Assembly: GCF_018977255.1 (NCBI RefSeq)
Contig: NW_024704743.1
Location: 101,806,001 to 101,870,000, forward strand
Direction of reading: 5' to 3'
DNA from: Callorhinchus milii
Lineage: Eukaryota
Length of the DNA: 64,000 nucleotides
The notes beneath the pieces were generated by a model. That model had not been told where the DNA came from, searched no databases, and saw only the letters and a program-made list of their open reading frames with translations. This document shows, piece after piece, positions 24,850 to 38,700 of this stretch. Numbering within the stretch: the stretch's first letter is position 1; every line of letters starts with the position of its first letter. Made by a program: the position numbers and the translations under genes.

Positions 24850-25950
24850 ACCAATGGTTTCTCCTCTAGCTCCCGCACCGACTGGTGTGGCATTCCTCAG
24901 GGCTCGGTCCTTGGTCCCCTCCTCTTCAATATATGCTCCCTCTTGGTGACATCATCCGCAGACATAGGGTCAATTTCCACATGTATGTGGATGACACCCA
25001 ACTGTTCCTCTCTGCCTACACCCTTGACTCCAGGACCACTGCTGTCCTGACAGAATGTCTGTCAGACATCAAGTCCTGGCTGAGTGCTAACTTTCTTCAG
25101 TTGAACGTCAACAAGACCGAGGCTCTCCTGATTGGCTCCCATCGGCGCCTCCACACCTCAGGTGCCAAGAGCATCACCATCCATGGGTGCACACTCCACC
25201 TTGCTAAGCCCGTCTGGAACCTTGGCATGTTATTTGACCCTCAACTATCCTTTCTACCCCACATCGAAGCCATGGCCCACTCTGCCATCCCCCACCTCCG
25301 CAACACTGCCCAGCTCCGCCACTGTCTCACCCCGCAGACCGCCGAAACCTTCAATCACACTTTCATAACATCGAGGCTTGACTATGCAAACTCCTTGCTT
25401 GTTGGCCTCCCCAACTCCTCCCTCCATAGGCTGCAGATCATCCAGAACTCTGAAGCCCGAGTCCTCTCCCGCAGCAGGCTCTGTGACCTTATCACCCCCA
25501 TCCTTGCCCGACTTCACTGGCATCCCGTCACTCAGAGGATACAATTCAAGATCCTGGTCCTCACCTTCTAAACCCTCCATGGCCTTGCTCTCCCCTACTT
25601 CTGCAACTTCCTAACACCGTACTTTCTTGTCCACTCCCTCCACTCAGCGGGCTCCAGCCTGTTTCACGTCCCCCGCCTCATCCGCTCCACCATTGGTGGG
25701 TGGGCCTTCTGCCATTCTGCCCTCATCCACCCTCTGGAACTCCCTCCACAGTCACTCCACCTCGTCCCCTCCATTGCCCCCTTCAAGACCCATCTCAAGA
25801 CCCTCCTCTTCAACTGTGCTTTCGATCACCCTACTTCCCCCTCTGTCCTCCACCCTCCCCAGTCCCGACACAGGGTCCGAAAAACTCCAGTGCTTTGGGA
25901 TGTCCTTACGACGTGACAGTCACTATACAAATATAATTTTGTTGTTGTTG
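24850..25950 (+). mobile_element. L2 LINE 3' 1.1 kb with RT core (frameshifted)
   Basis: GIPQGSVLGPLLF, HMYVDDTQL, LQLNVNKTE, SRLDYANSLL, LHWHPVTQRIQFKIL; (ttg)n tail. Confidence 0.95.
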
Positions 25951-28090
25951 CTATTCCATGAACACTCCACCCCAAGTCTGTTCAAAACGTTTTGGCCAAA
26001 GCCGATTTCTGAAGCTAACCTGGCATTGCCTTTGATCCTTCAGATGTACAGATCCAGCATTTTATAGTATCGGGAATACCAGCTGAACTCAACTTTGAAT
26101 GCTTTGATGTTGATATGAAGCTACTCTCAAAAGGCTAATTAAATACTCGGTTGAGTCTCGAGGAAATCTGACAGTAAAGTTACACCCATATAATATACAG
26201 TCAATTCACCGTACAGTATATTCTGTGAAGCACTTTAAAATGTCTGAACGAAGTGACAAGGCGCTATATCAAATGCAAGGATTATTACATATTTTTCTAA
26301 ATGAAAGTATGTCATTCTCGCCTTGTTAAGGTCACTGGGGAAGATAAGATTGGAATCATTTTAGCGCTACAAAAACTATAATTTACATTCATGTAGCGCC
26401 CTTCATGCAGGGTAAAATTTTGGAGTTCTGAGCCTTGTACCTTCAAAATGACTTTAGAAGCATTGCAAAAAGTTCAGAAGAGAGCAATAAGGAAGAGTAA
26501 GTAATACCTAAGTAATGAAGGAGGCTTGCAAAGTCGAACTTTCTTTCATTGATAAGGGAACTGACAGAAACCTGGTAATGGGCTTTAAAATGATGGGAGG
26601 CAAATATGGAGGTGCTGTAAGCAGACAATTTGATTTAGATTGGAGGAGCAGAATTGCAGCACATTTAAAATTAAAAAGCCTGAAACGGGACGAAAGACGA
26701 GAAGTTTTTTTTCTAGATAGCGGTGAATAAATGGAACAGGCTTCCAACAAAGACAATTGATGCTGCATTAGTTACTCTCGAAAAATAGAACTTGATAACT
26801 ATTAACTGTAAGAGCACTATTGGAGATAGGTTCAGACTGAGTTGAAGACAAATGTCACAGGACACAATGTTTTCTGTGCAGTTGGAGTTCGGAGAAGGGA
26901 TTACTGTCTGTGGACAGAAGGGAAGCAGGGTTAAATAGTTCAGGTGTGGGGTGAATTCATAGAATCATAGAATTATACAGCACAGAAAGAGGCCATTCAG
27001 CCCATTGTGTCTGTCCGTTCATAATTTTGAAAACTTCTATTAAGTCTCCTCTTAACGTTCTCTGCTCCAAGGAGAATATCCTAGCTTCTCTAGTCTCTCC
27101 TGATAACTGAAGTCCCTCATTCCTGATACCATCCTGGTAAATCTCCTTTGCTCCCTCTCCAATACCTTGACATCCTTCCTAAAGTGTGGTGCCCAGAACT
27201 GAACACAGTACTCTAGCTGAGGTCTAACCAGTATTTTATAAAGGTTTATCATAACTTCCTGACTTTTGTATTCTATGCCCCTATTTATAAAGCCTAGTAT
27301 CCCGTATGCTTTTTTAACAGGTTTATCTATCTGTCCTGCCACCTTCAAAGATTTACTTTTATGAAACCCCCAGGTTTCTCTGTTCCTTCACCCCCTTTAA
27401 AATTGTACCATTTAGCTTATATTACCTCTCCTCATTCTTTCTTCCAAAATGCATCACTTCACATTTATCCATATTAATCTTCATCTGCCAAGTGTCTGCC
27501 CATTTTACCAGTCTATCTATGTTCATTTGCAATCTGCTACTATCCTCCTCACCGTTTACTACTTTTCCTAGCTTAGTATCATCTGCACACTTGGAAATTG
27601 TACTCCCTATACCCAAGTCCCGGTCATTTATATAAAAACAGCAGTGGTCCCATTACGGACCCCTGAGGGACACCACCGTACACTTCCTTCCAGTCAGAAA
27701 AACAACCGTTCACCACCACTCTCTGCTTTCTGTCTCTCAGCCAGTTCTGTATCCATTCTGCCACTGTCCCTTTAATACCATGGGCTTCTATCATGCTTAC
27801 AAGTTTCTTAGAAGTCTTTTAAGCACTCTGAGACGCTCCCCTCATAGAGGGCACTATATACGTGCAATTTGTTGTTGTTGTATGTGGCATTTTATCAAAA
27901 GCCTTTTGAAAATCTTTATAAACTACATCGACTGCATTATCTTCATTCACCCTATCTTTTACTTCATCAAAAACTCTTATCAGGTTTGTTTGACACAATT
28001 TGCCTTTAACAAATCCTTGTAGGCTGTCCTTCATTAACCATATTTTTCAAAGTGAAAATTGATTTTGTCCCTGATTATAATCTCTAGAAA

Positions 28091-28277
28091 TTATAATAAT
28101 ATAATAATAATCCTTGCATTTGATATAGCGCTTTTCATGTCTTCTAGACGTCTCAAAGTGCTTCACAGAATATAGTGTAAAATGAATTTGACTGTATATT
28201 TGTGGCAAAATGCGCAACCAATTGCACACAGTAGTGTCCCATAAACGATCTTGGATTGAGTGACCAAATTATTATTG
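28091..28277 (-). mobile_element. SINE 3' half inserted in CR1 A
   Basis: Interrupts the VSLTSVMGK / LEIIIRD reading of CR1 ORF2. Confidence 0.88.
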
Positions 28278-28540
28278 TGTTTTCCCATTACTGACGTTAG
28301 GCTGACTGGCTTGTAATTCCTGGGTTTATCCTCCTGCCCCTTTTTGTAAAGGGGAATAACATTTGTAACCCTCCAGTCCTCTGGCACCACCCCGGTGTCC
28401 AAGAAGGATTGAAGGAATGTGGCCAGAGCCTCTGTTATTTCCACCCTTACTTCCCTCAGTATACTAGGATTCATCCCATCCGGACTGGGTGACTTATCTA
28501 CCTTAAACACTGTCAAACTTTTTAGTACCTCCTCTCGGTT

Positions 28541-31415
28541 TAAGACCATAAGACCATAAGATGTAGGACCAGGAGTAAGCCATTCAGCCCCTCGAGCCTG
28601 CCCGCCATTTAATAAGATCATGGCTGAACTTCTAACCTAATTCCATTTACCTGCCCTATCCCCATATCCCTTAATCCCTCTATCCTTTAGAAATCTATCA
28701 ACCTCAATCTTGAATATGTTCAAGGACTGAGCATCCATAGCCTTCTGGAGTAGAGCAATCCACAAATTCACTACCCTCTGAGTGAAGAAATGTTTCCTCA
28801 ACTCAGTTCGAAAAGGCTGACCCTTCATCTTGAGACTATGACCCCTAGTTTTAGATTCTCCAACCAGGGGAAACAGTCTCACGGCATCTACCCTGTCAAC
28901 ACCCTTAAGAATCTTATAGGTTTCTATAAGATCACCTCTAATTCTTTTATATTCTAGAGAATATAGGCCTAGTTTACTCAACCTATCCTCATAGATCAAC
29001 CCTCTCATCCCAGGAACCAACCTGGTGAATCTATGCTGCACCCCCTCTAAGGCAAGTATGTCCTTTCTTAAATAAAGAGATCAAAACTGCTCGCAATATT
29101 CTAGGTGCGGTCTCATCAAGGCTTATACAACTGCAGCAAGACTACCCTACTCTTGTACTCTAACCCTTTTGCTTGCAACCAATGCCAACATGGCATTAGT
29201 TTTCCTAGTTGCTTGCTGTACCTGCATACCAGCTTTTTGTGACTGGTGTACAAGGACACACAAATCCCTCTGAACACTAACACTACCTAGTCTCTCTCCC
29301 TCTAGAAAGTAATCCGCTTTTCTATTTTTACTACCTAGGTGAATAACTTCATACTTCCCCAAGTTATACTCTATCTGCCACCTTCTTGCCCACTCACCTA
29401 GCCTGTCTGTTTCCCTTTGCATTCTTTGTGTGTCATCCTCACAGCTTACTCTCCTACCTATCTTTGTATCATCCCCGAATTTAGATATGTTAAGTATGTT
29501 AAGTTCTATTTTCTCATCTAAATTATTGATTATAGACTGTAAGTAATTGAGGCCCAAGAACTGATCCTTGTGGGACTCCACTAGTCACATCCTGCCAATC
29601 TGTGAAAGAGCCATTTATCCCTACTCTCTGTTTTCTTCCCGTTAGCCACTCTCCAATCCATGCTAATATATTACCTTTAATTCCATCGTTCTAATCTTAT
29701 GCAACAGTCTTTTATGTGGCACCTTATCGAATGCCTTCTGGAAATCCAAATACACCACATCTACTGGTTCCCCCTATCTAACCTGGTAGTTACTTCCTCA
29801 AAAAACTCTAAAAGATTTGTTAAACATGATTTCCCTTTCGTAAAACCATGTTGACTCTGCCTAATCATGTTATGATTTTCTAAGTACCTCACGACGACGT
29901 CCCTAATTAAGGACTCTAGAATTTTGCCTACCACCGATGTCAGATTAACTGGTCTATAGTTCCCCATTTTTTGGCTCCCACCCTTTTTAAATATCGGCGT
30001 TACGTTTGTGACTTTCCAATCACCGGGAATCATTCCAGAATCCAGGGAATTTTGGACAATCAAAAACAAAGCATCGCAGCCATCTCTTTTAAAACCCTAG
30101 GATGCAGGCCATCAGGTCCGGAGGATTTATCGGTTTTTAATCCTATCAATTTTTCTAGTACTATTGCTTTACTGATGTTCATTTTTTAAGTTCCTCACTA
30201 ATATTCACCTTCAGGTTCCCCTTTATTTTCGGTAAGTTTACAGTGTCCTCTAATGTGAAGACAGAAGCATTATATTTGTTTGACAACTCTGCCATTTCTT
30301 TATTCCCTATTATAATTTCTCCTGTCTCTGCCTGCAATGGACCCACATTCACTTTTTATAGTCTCTTCCTCTTTATGGCAGCATCAGCCTCCACGGCTGC
30401 AGACTCAACCTCATTAAGTCAGTCAGGAACCTGGGTGTCTTGTTCGACCCTGAACTGTCCTTTCTCCCCCACATCCGTGCCATGACCGGCAATGCCTACC
30501 ACCACCTCCACAACATTGCCAGACTTCGTCACAGCCTCACCCCTCAGGCTGCTGAAACCCTCACCCACACATTCGCCACATCAAGGCTCGATTATGGAAA
30601 CTCCCTCCTCATCAGCCTTCCCAACTCTTCTCTTCACAAGCTGCAGATCATCCAAAACTCTGCAGCTCATGTACTCTCGTGCACCAGGCTCCGTGACTCC
30701 CACCCTCACCTGACTCCACTGGCTCCCCATTTCGCAGAGGATCGAGTTCAAGATCCTCGTCCTGACTTTTAAGGCCATCCATGGCCTTGCCCCCACCTAC
30801 CTCTCTGACCTGCTGACTCCCTACCAACATGCCGCTCCCTCCATTCAGCAGGCTCCAGTCTGCTCCATGTCTCCCACCCGACCCGCTCTACCATCAGCGG
30901 TTGGGCTTTCAGCCTCTCTGCCCCCATGCTCTGGAAGTCCATCCCACAGTCCCTTTGCCTCGCTTCCTCCCTTGCCTCCTTCAAGGCCAGTCTCAAGATC
31001 CTCCTCTTCGAGCTTTCAGACTGAGGGTGCCTTCAGTCGCCATCCCACTCTCTCTGCATTCCCTCACCCCTACCCCAACACTCCCCCAGGCTCGAGTCCT
31101 GACCACTGTCTGTCCAGCACCTTGGGATGTCCTCCCGACGAGAAAGGCGCTTTATAATTATAATTTTGTTGTTGTTGTTATGACTTGTAAAAACTCTTAC
31201 AATCTGTCTTTATGTTCCTAGCTAGTTTACCCTCATATTCCATTTTCTCCCTCTTAATCAGTTTCTTAGTTTTCCTTTGCTGTTCTCTAAAACCCTCCCA
31301 ATCCTCAGGTTTACTGCTCTTTTTGGCAGTATTGTAGGCCTCTTCTTTTAATTTCATAATTTCCTGAACTTCTCTAGTTAGCCAATGTTGAACCACTTTT
31401 CCCGTGGTATTTTTA
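28541..31415 (-). mobile_element. CR1 LINE 'B' (second family) nested in CR1 A
   Basis: (tcttatgg)n tail; RGDLIETYKILKG, SKFGDDTKIG, NYRPVNLTSVVGKILE, QHGFTKGKSCLTNLLEFFEEVT, NIKTDCKSFYK. Confidence 0.93.
30378..31177 (+). mobile_element. L2 LINE 3' fragment nested in CR1 B
   Basis: FDPELSFLPHI, TSRLDYGNSLL, KLQIIQNSAA; (ttg)n tail; TTATG duplication at 30373-30377 and 31178-31182. Confidence 0.93.
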
Positions 31416-31814
31416 TTTTTCATTCTTATCCAATTTCTTTACCCTCTCCTCCGATACTGTGGCATTAGCTGCATCTTTTTCTTTTGTGAAGATAGATGCA
31501 AAGTACTCATTCAGTGTGTCAGCATGCCCTCTGCCTCCACAAGAAGATTTCCTCTTTGGTCCCTAATTGGATCCACCTTACCTTTGACTAACCTTTTATT
31601 CTTTTATGCTTATAAAATACCTTAGGGTTCCCTTTTATGTTACCTGCTAATCTTTTCTCATACAATCTCTTTGGCCCTCTTATATCCTTTTTCAGTTCTC
31701 CTCTGTACTTCCTATATTCGATTCGATTATCTTCTGTATTTTGGGCTGACAATTATCATGAGCCTCCTTTTTCTGTTCCATTTTAATCTCAATTTCCTTT
31801 GAAGGCCAACATGT

Positions 31815-32110
31815 AGAGTCCTGTAGCTCAGTGATTAGAGCACTCGCCTCGCACGTGAGAGACCTGGATTTGATTCCCGGCAGAGCGAAACCTTGGGCAA
31901 GTTTCCTTACTCCACACGCCTGAAATTAATCCCTCAAGAAAAAAACAATAATAAATTGGTTACTCAATCTACGACTGTGTGTGGGACATTGTTGTGCATA
32001 ATTGGGTGACGCATTTTGCCCACAAATATACAGTCAATTCATTTTACAGTATATTTGGTGAAGCATTTTGAGACATCTAGAAGACTTGAAAAGCGAGGAT
32101 TATTGTTATT
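31815..32110 (+). mobile_element. tRNA-headed SINE, short subfamily
   Basis: gagtcctgtagctcagtgattagagcactcgc through to tail. Confidence 0.9.
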
Positions 32111-34521
32111 TTTATTATATTATTGCCAAAGGTGTAATGAACACCGGAATTTCAGCCCTTTGATGCCTGGCTTCAGGCATGAAGCATGACCACTTGGTCC
32201 TACCTACATGACACAGCCAGGACCTCCACACTCCTGGTTGTGAGCCAACCTCTTGAAGAGGAGGAGGAGGAAGGGAGATATGGGAGAATAAAAATGAGAT
32301 TCACCAATTCCCATGCACAGCACTCTCTAACATAATCAGAGAGGTAATTGAAAATTCACATGGCTGCTTAGCATTTATAGAGTAATTTATTCTGACTGTT
32401 TCTGTCTCAACAATTGATGCACTTCTAAATTATTCTGTTTTTTTTTACCCTCTTTTTTATCTCCACGTTTCTTTTCTCTGGTTTGTTCAGTCTTTGCCCC
32501 AAAATATTTTGCCTACAAAATTCAATCACAACACTTTACAGTAAAATCCCGTGAAGTGCTTTTGCTCCCAATGAGAAAGGCACTATATCAATTACAAGGA
32601 TAATTTTATTGTAATACTTTAAACAGTATATTCCAAGTTAATATGCTCAGCAAAATAATTGCTTTTTATAATGTTCTTTAAATTATTCACATTAGCAAAA
32701 TTAATTTTTTTAAAAATTATACATGAGAACGTGTAATGAATAACTTTGGGAACTCAAAATTCTTTTTTAATTTCTGTCCAGGGTTAAGATCAAATCTTCC
32801 ATGACATGAACCATATATCTCTTTCCAATTGTACCAATAATGCCCTTTAATTCCTTTCTATGAAAAGCGTCTCCCCTGCACCCGCATTTGTATTTGTCTT
32901 TGTGTCATGTTAATGAAAGGTTGCTCCATTAGCATTGTGTTGGGGCATACTTTGTGCTGGTGACTGAAGTCTGTTAGGCATGATAATTAAATGCCCAAAC
33001 CAATTTCACTTGTTATCTTTTCAGTCTTCAGAGAGAAAAGCCTTTAATCCACTTCAGTGATCAGTTGGATAAGATACCAGAAGGTTTCAGAGGTCCACCA
33101 GCCATATTCACAAGTCAGTCAGACACGATTAAAGAGTGGTTGAGGTTGTGGGCTGTCGAGTTCAAGTCATTCTTTATGACACTCAATCAAGATACTCACG
33201 CATGCGTTTGGTCTCTAAAACCAAGAGAGAGATGTACTGCAAGAGGAAACATTTCAAATAGATTTAAGTTGGCTTGATTTGGACTTTGTTTCTTTGCAGT
33301 ACGTGTTCATCAATTATAATTTGTAAAGGATATTGTTTTTGGAAAAGAGTTTGGCAAATGTTCAATGTTTAAGGAGGGAGAGAGCTGGGCATCATTTCTA
33401 TCACAATGATCAAACACACAACACATTTTACGATTTACGTCCTTGCATCTTTGTGAAAGAATGTTTGTCAAAAAATCAATAAGATAGTGAAAATCTTTTA
33501 AGAATTTGACTGAAGAATTTCTCTGTCTGGAAAAGATCACTTCAATCAAATCATTCAATTTGAATGCTTCACCTTCTTTCATCTGACTTGAGCCTGAATC
33601 TATTTCTAGAATCTGTGATCAAGTTAAACATATTTGTTTACCTTTCTCTGTTTATCTTTGTTCTTCCAGATCTTGAATAGCTTTATCAATAAGATTTCTT
33701 CTTTTGGGCCTTCTCTTTTCCTATGTGAACATTCTTAGTGTTTAGTCTCTCCTTGTAATTCAAGTGCTTAATTCAAATTTAGTTGCTCTTTGCAGAAAGC
33801 TCTTCAATGCTAAAATATCCTGCATTGGGACTTTGAACTCACATAGTCCAGCCTGACACTCCAATGCAGTACAGTGGGTGCTGATGATGGACAATAAATG
33901 GTTTTGTCTCACAGGGGATTTTTCAATGCACCACATATTTATATCAATAATGCAAAGTAATATTGTGTTTGATGTAATTTATAAAGAGGAATAGAAATTA
34001 TTTATAAGCAACATACCACCTGTATCTTTAGTATTGCAACATGCTTACTCTGGTTGGACTAATTTTTATGCTGGTCGTCAAGCTACATTCAAAAGGGAAT
34101 ATGACATGAAAATTATGTTATATTTATTGCATTGATTTTTGCCATATCAGAAATTCACAAATAGTAGTCATGAGACTGGTTAGGTTATGAGGTTTTTCTG
34201 AGTTACTCAGAGAATCACAGGACAGCTGCATGTGCTGTGTAGTCACTGCATAAGACCACTAGATGTTGATATTGCTCCACCTTACTCATATGTGTGGAGC
34301 AGATTTACAGGTGATGACCTCCTCAACAACAATAATAATAAAAATAATAATAATAATAGGGTGGTAATAGAGAAACCTACAGTTTTGCCCCTGGGAATAT
34401 GTATGCTTGAAAGTAATCTTGAGAGTCTGTTACAACTCCCTAATGCTGAAGCCTGTCCAAGAACCCAATTCAATTGAGACAAGTAATATTTAGACAAAAA
34501 ACACCTGCTTCCCGAGGAGAT

Positions 34522-34893
34522 GTGAGCCTGGCTCAGATGATAGCACTCTTGTGTAGAGACAGAAGGTTGTGGTTTCAAGCCCTATTATTGGGACTTTGAA
34601 ACCACACTCTATGCTGACATTTCAGTGCAATGCTGGGAGGTGCTGCATTGTTGGATTAGCTTTTGGATGAGGTGTTAGACCAAGGAGCTGTCTGCCTGCT
34701 GTCCCATGGCACTATTCCAAATAATAATCAATAATCTCAGAGATGAAAATTGTTCATTCATTTGTGGGACATTCAGATGTTTGCTTACAAAATACATAGT
34801 CACCATACTTGGCAATAAATCATCTGAAGTGCCTTTTGATGACATCCTAATGTGAAAGGTGCTGTATCAAATGTAAAGATTATTATTCTTATT
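34522..34893 (+). mobile_element. Older SacSINE1-like SINE
   Basis: Head gcctggctcagatgatagcactct...agaaggttgtggtttcaagcc through to tail. Confidence 0.78.
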
Positions 34894-35419
34894 AGAGCAC
34901 TGTTCGCTCTAAGTGATCTCCTGTCTCTGAGGCTGGCAGGCTATCTATATTTTAGCTGAGACGCTCTGGGCGCTGCTCAAAAGCAATACTGTTTTACAGG
35001 AACATCCTCATACATCAAGATAGCTTTAATACAATAACATGACTCAGTAAAAAAATGCCAAAAATTTAAATAAAAGTAAATCTTCTCATCTTAGTAAGCA
35101 CTTTATGCCCTATTTCCTGTCAGTATAGTTTTCATTTTATTTGTACTGCTTTCGATTGACTCTCCTTATCTTCAATCTATCCTTCTGATCTTTTTTCAGT
35201 TTCACATTTTTAAATTTACTTCTTAATTTTCTTCTTTCGGATTCTACCATGCACTTTGGAGGCTGGGTGATATTTTCTTACAATCTGGACTTTATTTCAC
35301 CTTAAAAGGTTTTACAAGCAGGTTTATTTTGCCAGCCAATGAAAATCTATATGATTAATGACTGACCGGGCCAGGTTTTCATTGTACCAGGTCAATTGGT
35401 GCAGCAACCTTTGCATATA

Positions 35420-35770
35420 AATAATTCTTGCAATTTATATAGCACCTTTCACATTAGGAAGACTTCTTAAAACGTTCACAGGATTTCCTGTAAAGTGTAA
35501 TGGTTGTGTATTTCATTGGCAAACATGGAGCCAATTTGTACACAACAATGTCCCACAAACAGACATGAAGTAAATAACCCTTTTTTTCTGGGAGATTATT
35601 GGCTAAAACATTGGCTAAGTTTAACATCTCATTTGAGGGACCATTGCAGCACAACCCCAGTACTGCACTGGAGTATCAGCCTAGGCTATGAATTCAAAGT
35701 CTTGTGAGTGGTTTGAACCCATCAACTTCTGATTCATAGGTGAGAATGTTTCCAATTGAACCAGGCTAAC
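35420..35770 (-). mobile_element. Older SacSINE1-like SINE
   Basis: Tail, Deu core and head in reverse complement. Confidence 0.78.
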
Positions 35771-38700
35771 AAATTGAGTAGAGGGAGTGAGGGCAATGCC
35801 AACTTGTTATTGGTTTCACAAGCTAAGAAGACATAGCCTGCGTAAGAAGAAAGTCATAGAAAGTTTTCAGTTTCCATATCTATTGGATTTTAAAGAAAGC
35901 TGGCAATCTACAGAGAAATATTTGAGCATTTGAGACAAAGAAAAATGTTTTGTCCCATTAATAATCATTAAAAAGGTTTCAGTATTTTTAAAACTGGTGT
36001 ATTACAAACTACAGTATGCAACATGCACCTGGATGGATGTGTCCCCTTTCCCTGTGGGACCTGAGCAGACTTGTAATTTTTTCAATCTATGAAGGAACTG
36101 ATGCAGTACTTATCAACAGATGATGCCTGACCGTCATACTTGGTTTAATTAGGGCGATATATTGATTTACAGATTAAACAAAAGTGATACTTTTGGTGTG
36201 TGTCATGCCATATTTACTCATTTTATTTTAATTTAGTGTGACCCATTTTTTTTTCTAGTTTTCTCCCTTATTGTCATACAGCTCTCTATGCTGGTCTGGC
36301 CTTTTGCTGAGATGTGGTTTCACAATGCTGATTGCCCTCCGGTACCCCAAATGATCAATGTTCGTCTTAGATCCTTGGCAGTTGGATCACTTGAATTTTG
36401 AGGGAAAGACCTGACCTCTCCCCACCCAGATACCACACATACAACACCAGTAGACGATGCTTGGCAACTGAATGTTGGAATCGAGTCAGCCGTATGTGAC
36501 GGGCTCGGTAGCCTGGTTCCTGAGCGAGGCGGATCCGTAGTATCTCAGGGCACTGCTGATGACAGCACAGGTTCATCAGCAGGACTTGGAAGGGCAGACA
36601 AGTCATTGAGGGCAGGGAATCTTCTGAATCCTCTTAACTCCTGTTAATCCAGCAAGCCAAAGCCCTAACGGCTTGCTGGACAAGCAGCGGGAAAGCTTGT
36701 CAGACAGTGCTATCAATGGCAAGCTGTACGTTTTTCGCTAATTGGACTCCAGCAGAATCCCAATGAATACTCTGGGGTCCCCAAGCTTTGGCTCTTGGCA
36801 AGACTTTACCTAATACTTTCCAGGGAGAGAGTGTGCATTCCGTTCCATTAAGTTATCTCTGGAATTACCATGTGTAGGTGGGATGCCTGGAATTCACAGT
36901 TTAGTTTGGATACTCTTAAGCATGGTGATGGGTTTCCACATGTGTCAGATGCCCGGCTGACTGAGTAAAAAACACCAGCAGCAGACTGTTTTTTGCCCTC
37001 TAACCCTGGGAGATTTGTAAAACTATCAATTTTTCAATCTATTAAGAAATTTATGCAGTACTTATCAGCAGTAACCTCCCCATGCAGCCCTGGCTGAGAC
37101 CAGCAAACTTGGTATGAATTCAAATCAGTGAGCTCCTGGTCCTGAAGCTTTGCTCTGTTCACTACACCATCAAGGCTGCCCTGCATTTTTAACTCTTACC
37201 ACCATTGAGTAAACCACTGGAAAACCAGAATATTGGTAGCAAACATTGTGTTGCCTACAATAAATTCTGGCCATGACCTGGGAAAAGTACTTCTCAGTAA
37301 AGTATGTGTAGATGGGGGTTGGAGCTGTGGGACAAAGATTCACGAAAGGAATACAGGCTGCACCTTCCAGTTGTCCCAATACAACCACACAGCATTCACT
37401 AAGGTTATAACTATAATTACAATGCTATCCTCATGCTTCTACAAAAATGTGGAAAATAACTTTAGAATCACAGGAACAGGAGTAGACCATTCTACCTGTC
37501 GAGTCTGCTCCAATGGCTGATCAATATTATTTGCCTGTCTTTTCTCCACACCCTTGATAGCCGTACTAGCCAAGTACTTATCTACGTCTCTCTTGTTCAC
37601 CCACAAAATACAGTCTACTTTATAGATCAGGTGAAGCGCTTTGAGACATTTTGATGATGTAATAAAGTGCTATATCAAATGCACAGATTATTATTACTAC
37701 AAAACATTCCCATGACTCTGCATGAGGGTCATTAATCCCACAACTCTTTGATCAAATGTTATTTTGTTATATATTAAACAATTAGAACACAAAGTAAAGA
37801 CCCAAGGCATGAAGTGTAGAAAATCGACAAGGCTGAAAAAATAGGAGGTAAGGTCACATATCCAAAGAATGGTGAAGGGGTGTTATATTTGTGTTGTGTG
37901 AACATAGTGAATCTCAAGGTTTATGGGGTAGTTTGCCATCCACTTTTCCCTCCTCTTCTTCCGGTTAATTGCTTTGAGGGCAGGTTGACAGAGGGGCTGG
38001 TCTTAGACTAAGCTTCCATCAGTGCTACTCCCAGCTAGTTGCTGTTTATGGTGGCTGGCCCAAATTTCCCTCTCTATCCAGCCTCTGGTCAGCACCAATG
38101 CTTAACAGTATGGTTAATGGGGCTGCAAAATACACAGTCACTACACTTTACAGTAAATGTAATGAAACAGTTTGAGATGTCCTTCTGATGTTAAATGTAC
38201 AATAAGACAAGGATCATCAATATTTATTATTATTAACTAATGCATGCTATTCCCAGTCATCTAGGGAAATAACTTCAGATGATGGATTTCCAAATGACAT
38301 AAATAAAACATCGTAGGGCTTGGCACCTGGCACAACCTGCTGTAGAAATTTGCAGCACAGACGAAGGCCATTTGGCCCATCGTGTCTTTGCTGATTCTTT
38401 TAAGAGCAAACCTTACAGTTCCATTTACCTGTCGATTGTACTGCTATTCAATTTCTACCGCATAAAGTTAAGCTATTATAAGGAATAATTAGATTTATCT
38501 ACAATTTTGGAAATCATGCCCTTTTAATTTACTCCTTCTGAATCCCTATCTTTCCACAAAACCAGCTCACTGCAATCCAAAATCTCATTAAACATCTACT
38601 ATGTTAATTTTAAGTTCAGAGCAGACCGATAGACATGTTCTAATACCTTACAATGAAAAGCTGAAATAAAATTAAAGTTTTGAAGCAGGTATTGTGCTCA

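Larger units (their letters stand above)
26957..31805 (-). mobile_element. CR1 LINE 'A' (ORF2/RT, disrupted), host of nested insertions; own sequence ~26957-28540 and ~31416-31805
   Basis: (attctatg)n tail; LYKILVRPQLEYCVQFWAPH, SKCADDTKLG, GFVKGKLCQTNL, VPEDWRVTNVIPLYKKG; resumes after element B. Confidence 0.92.

Noticed and set aside
24885..25571. 228-aa ORF as a functional reverse transcriptase gene
   Set aside because: 5'-truncated, frameshifted L2 ORF2 with a premature stop.
28163..30069. Run of minus-strand ORFs as a multi-gene retroelement or operon-like system
   Set aside because: Consecutive broken pieces of CR1 ORF2 from two nested copies.
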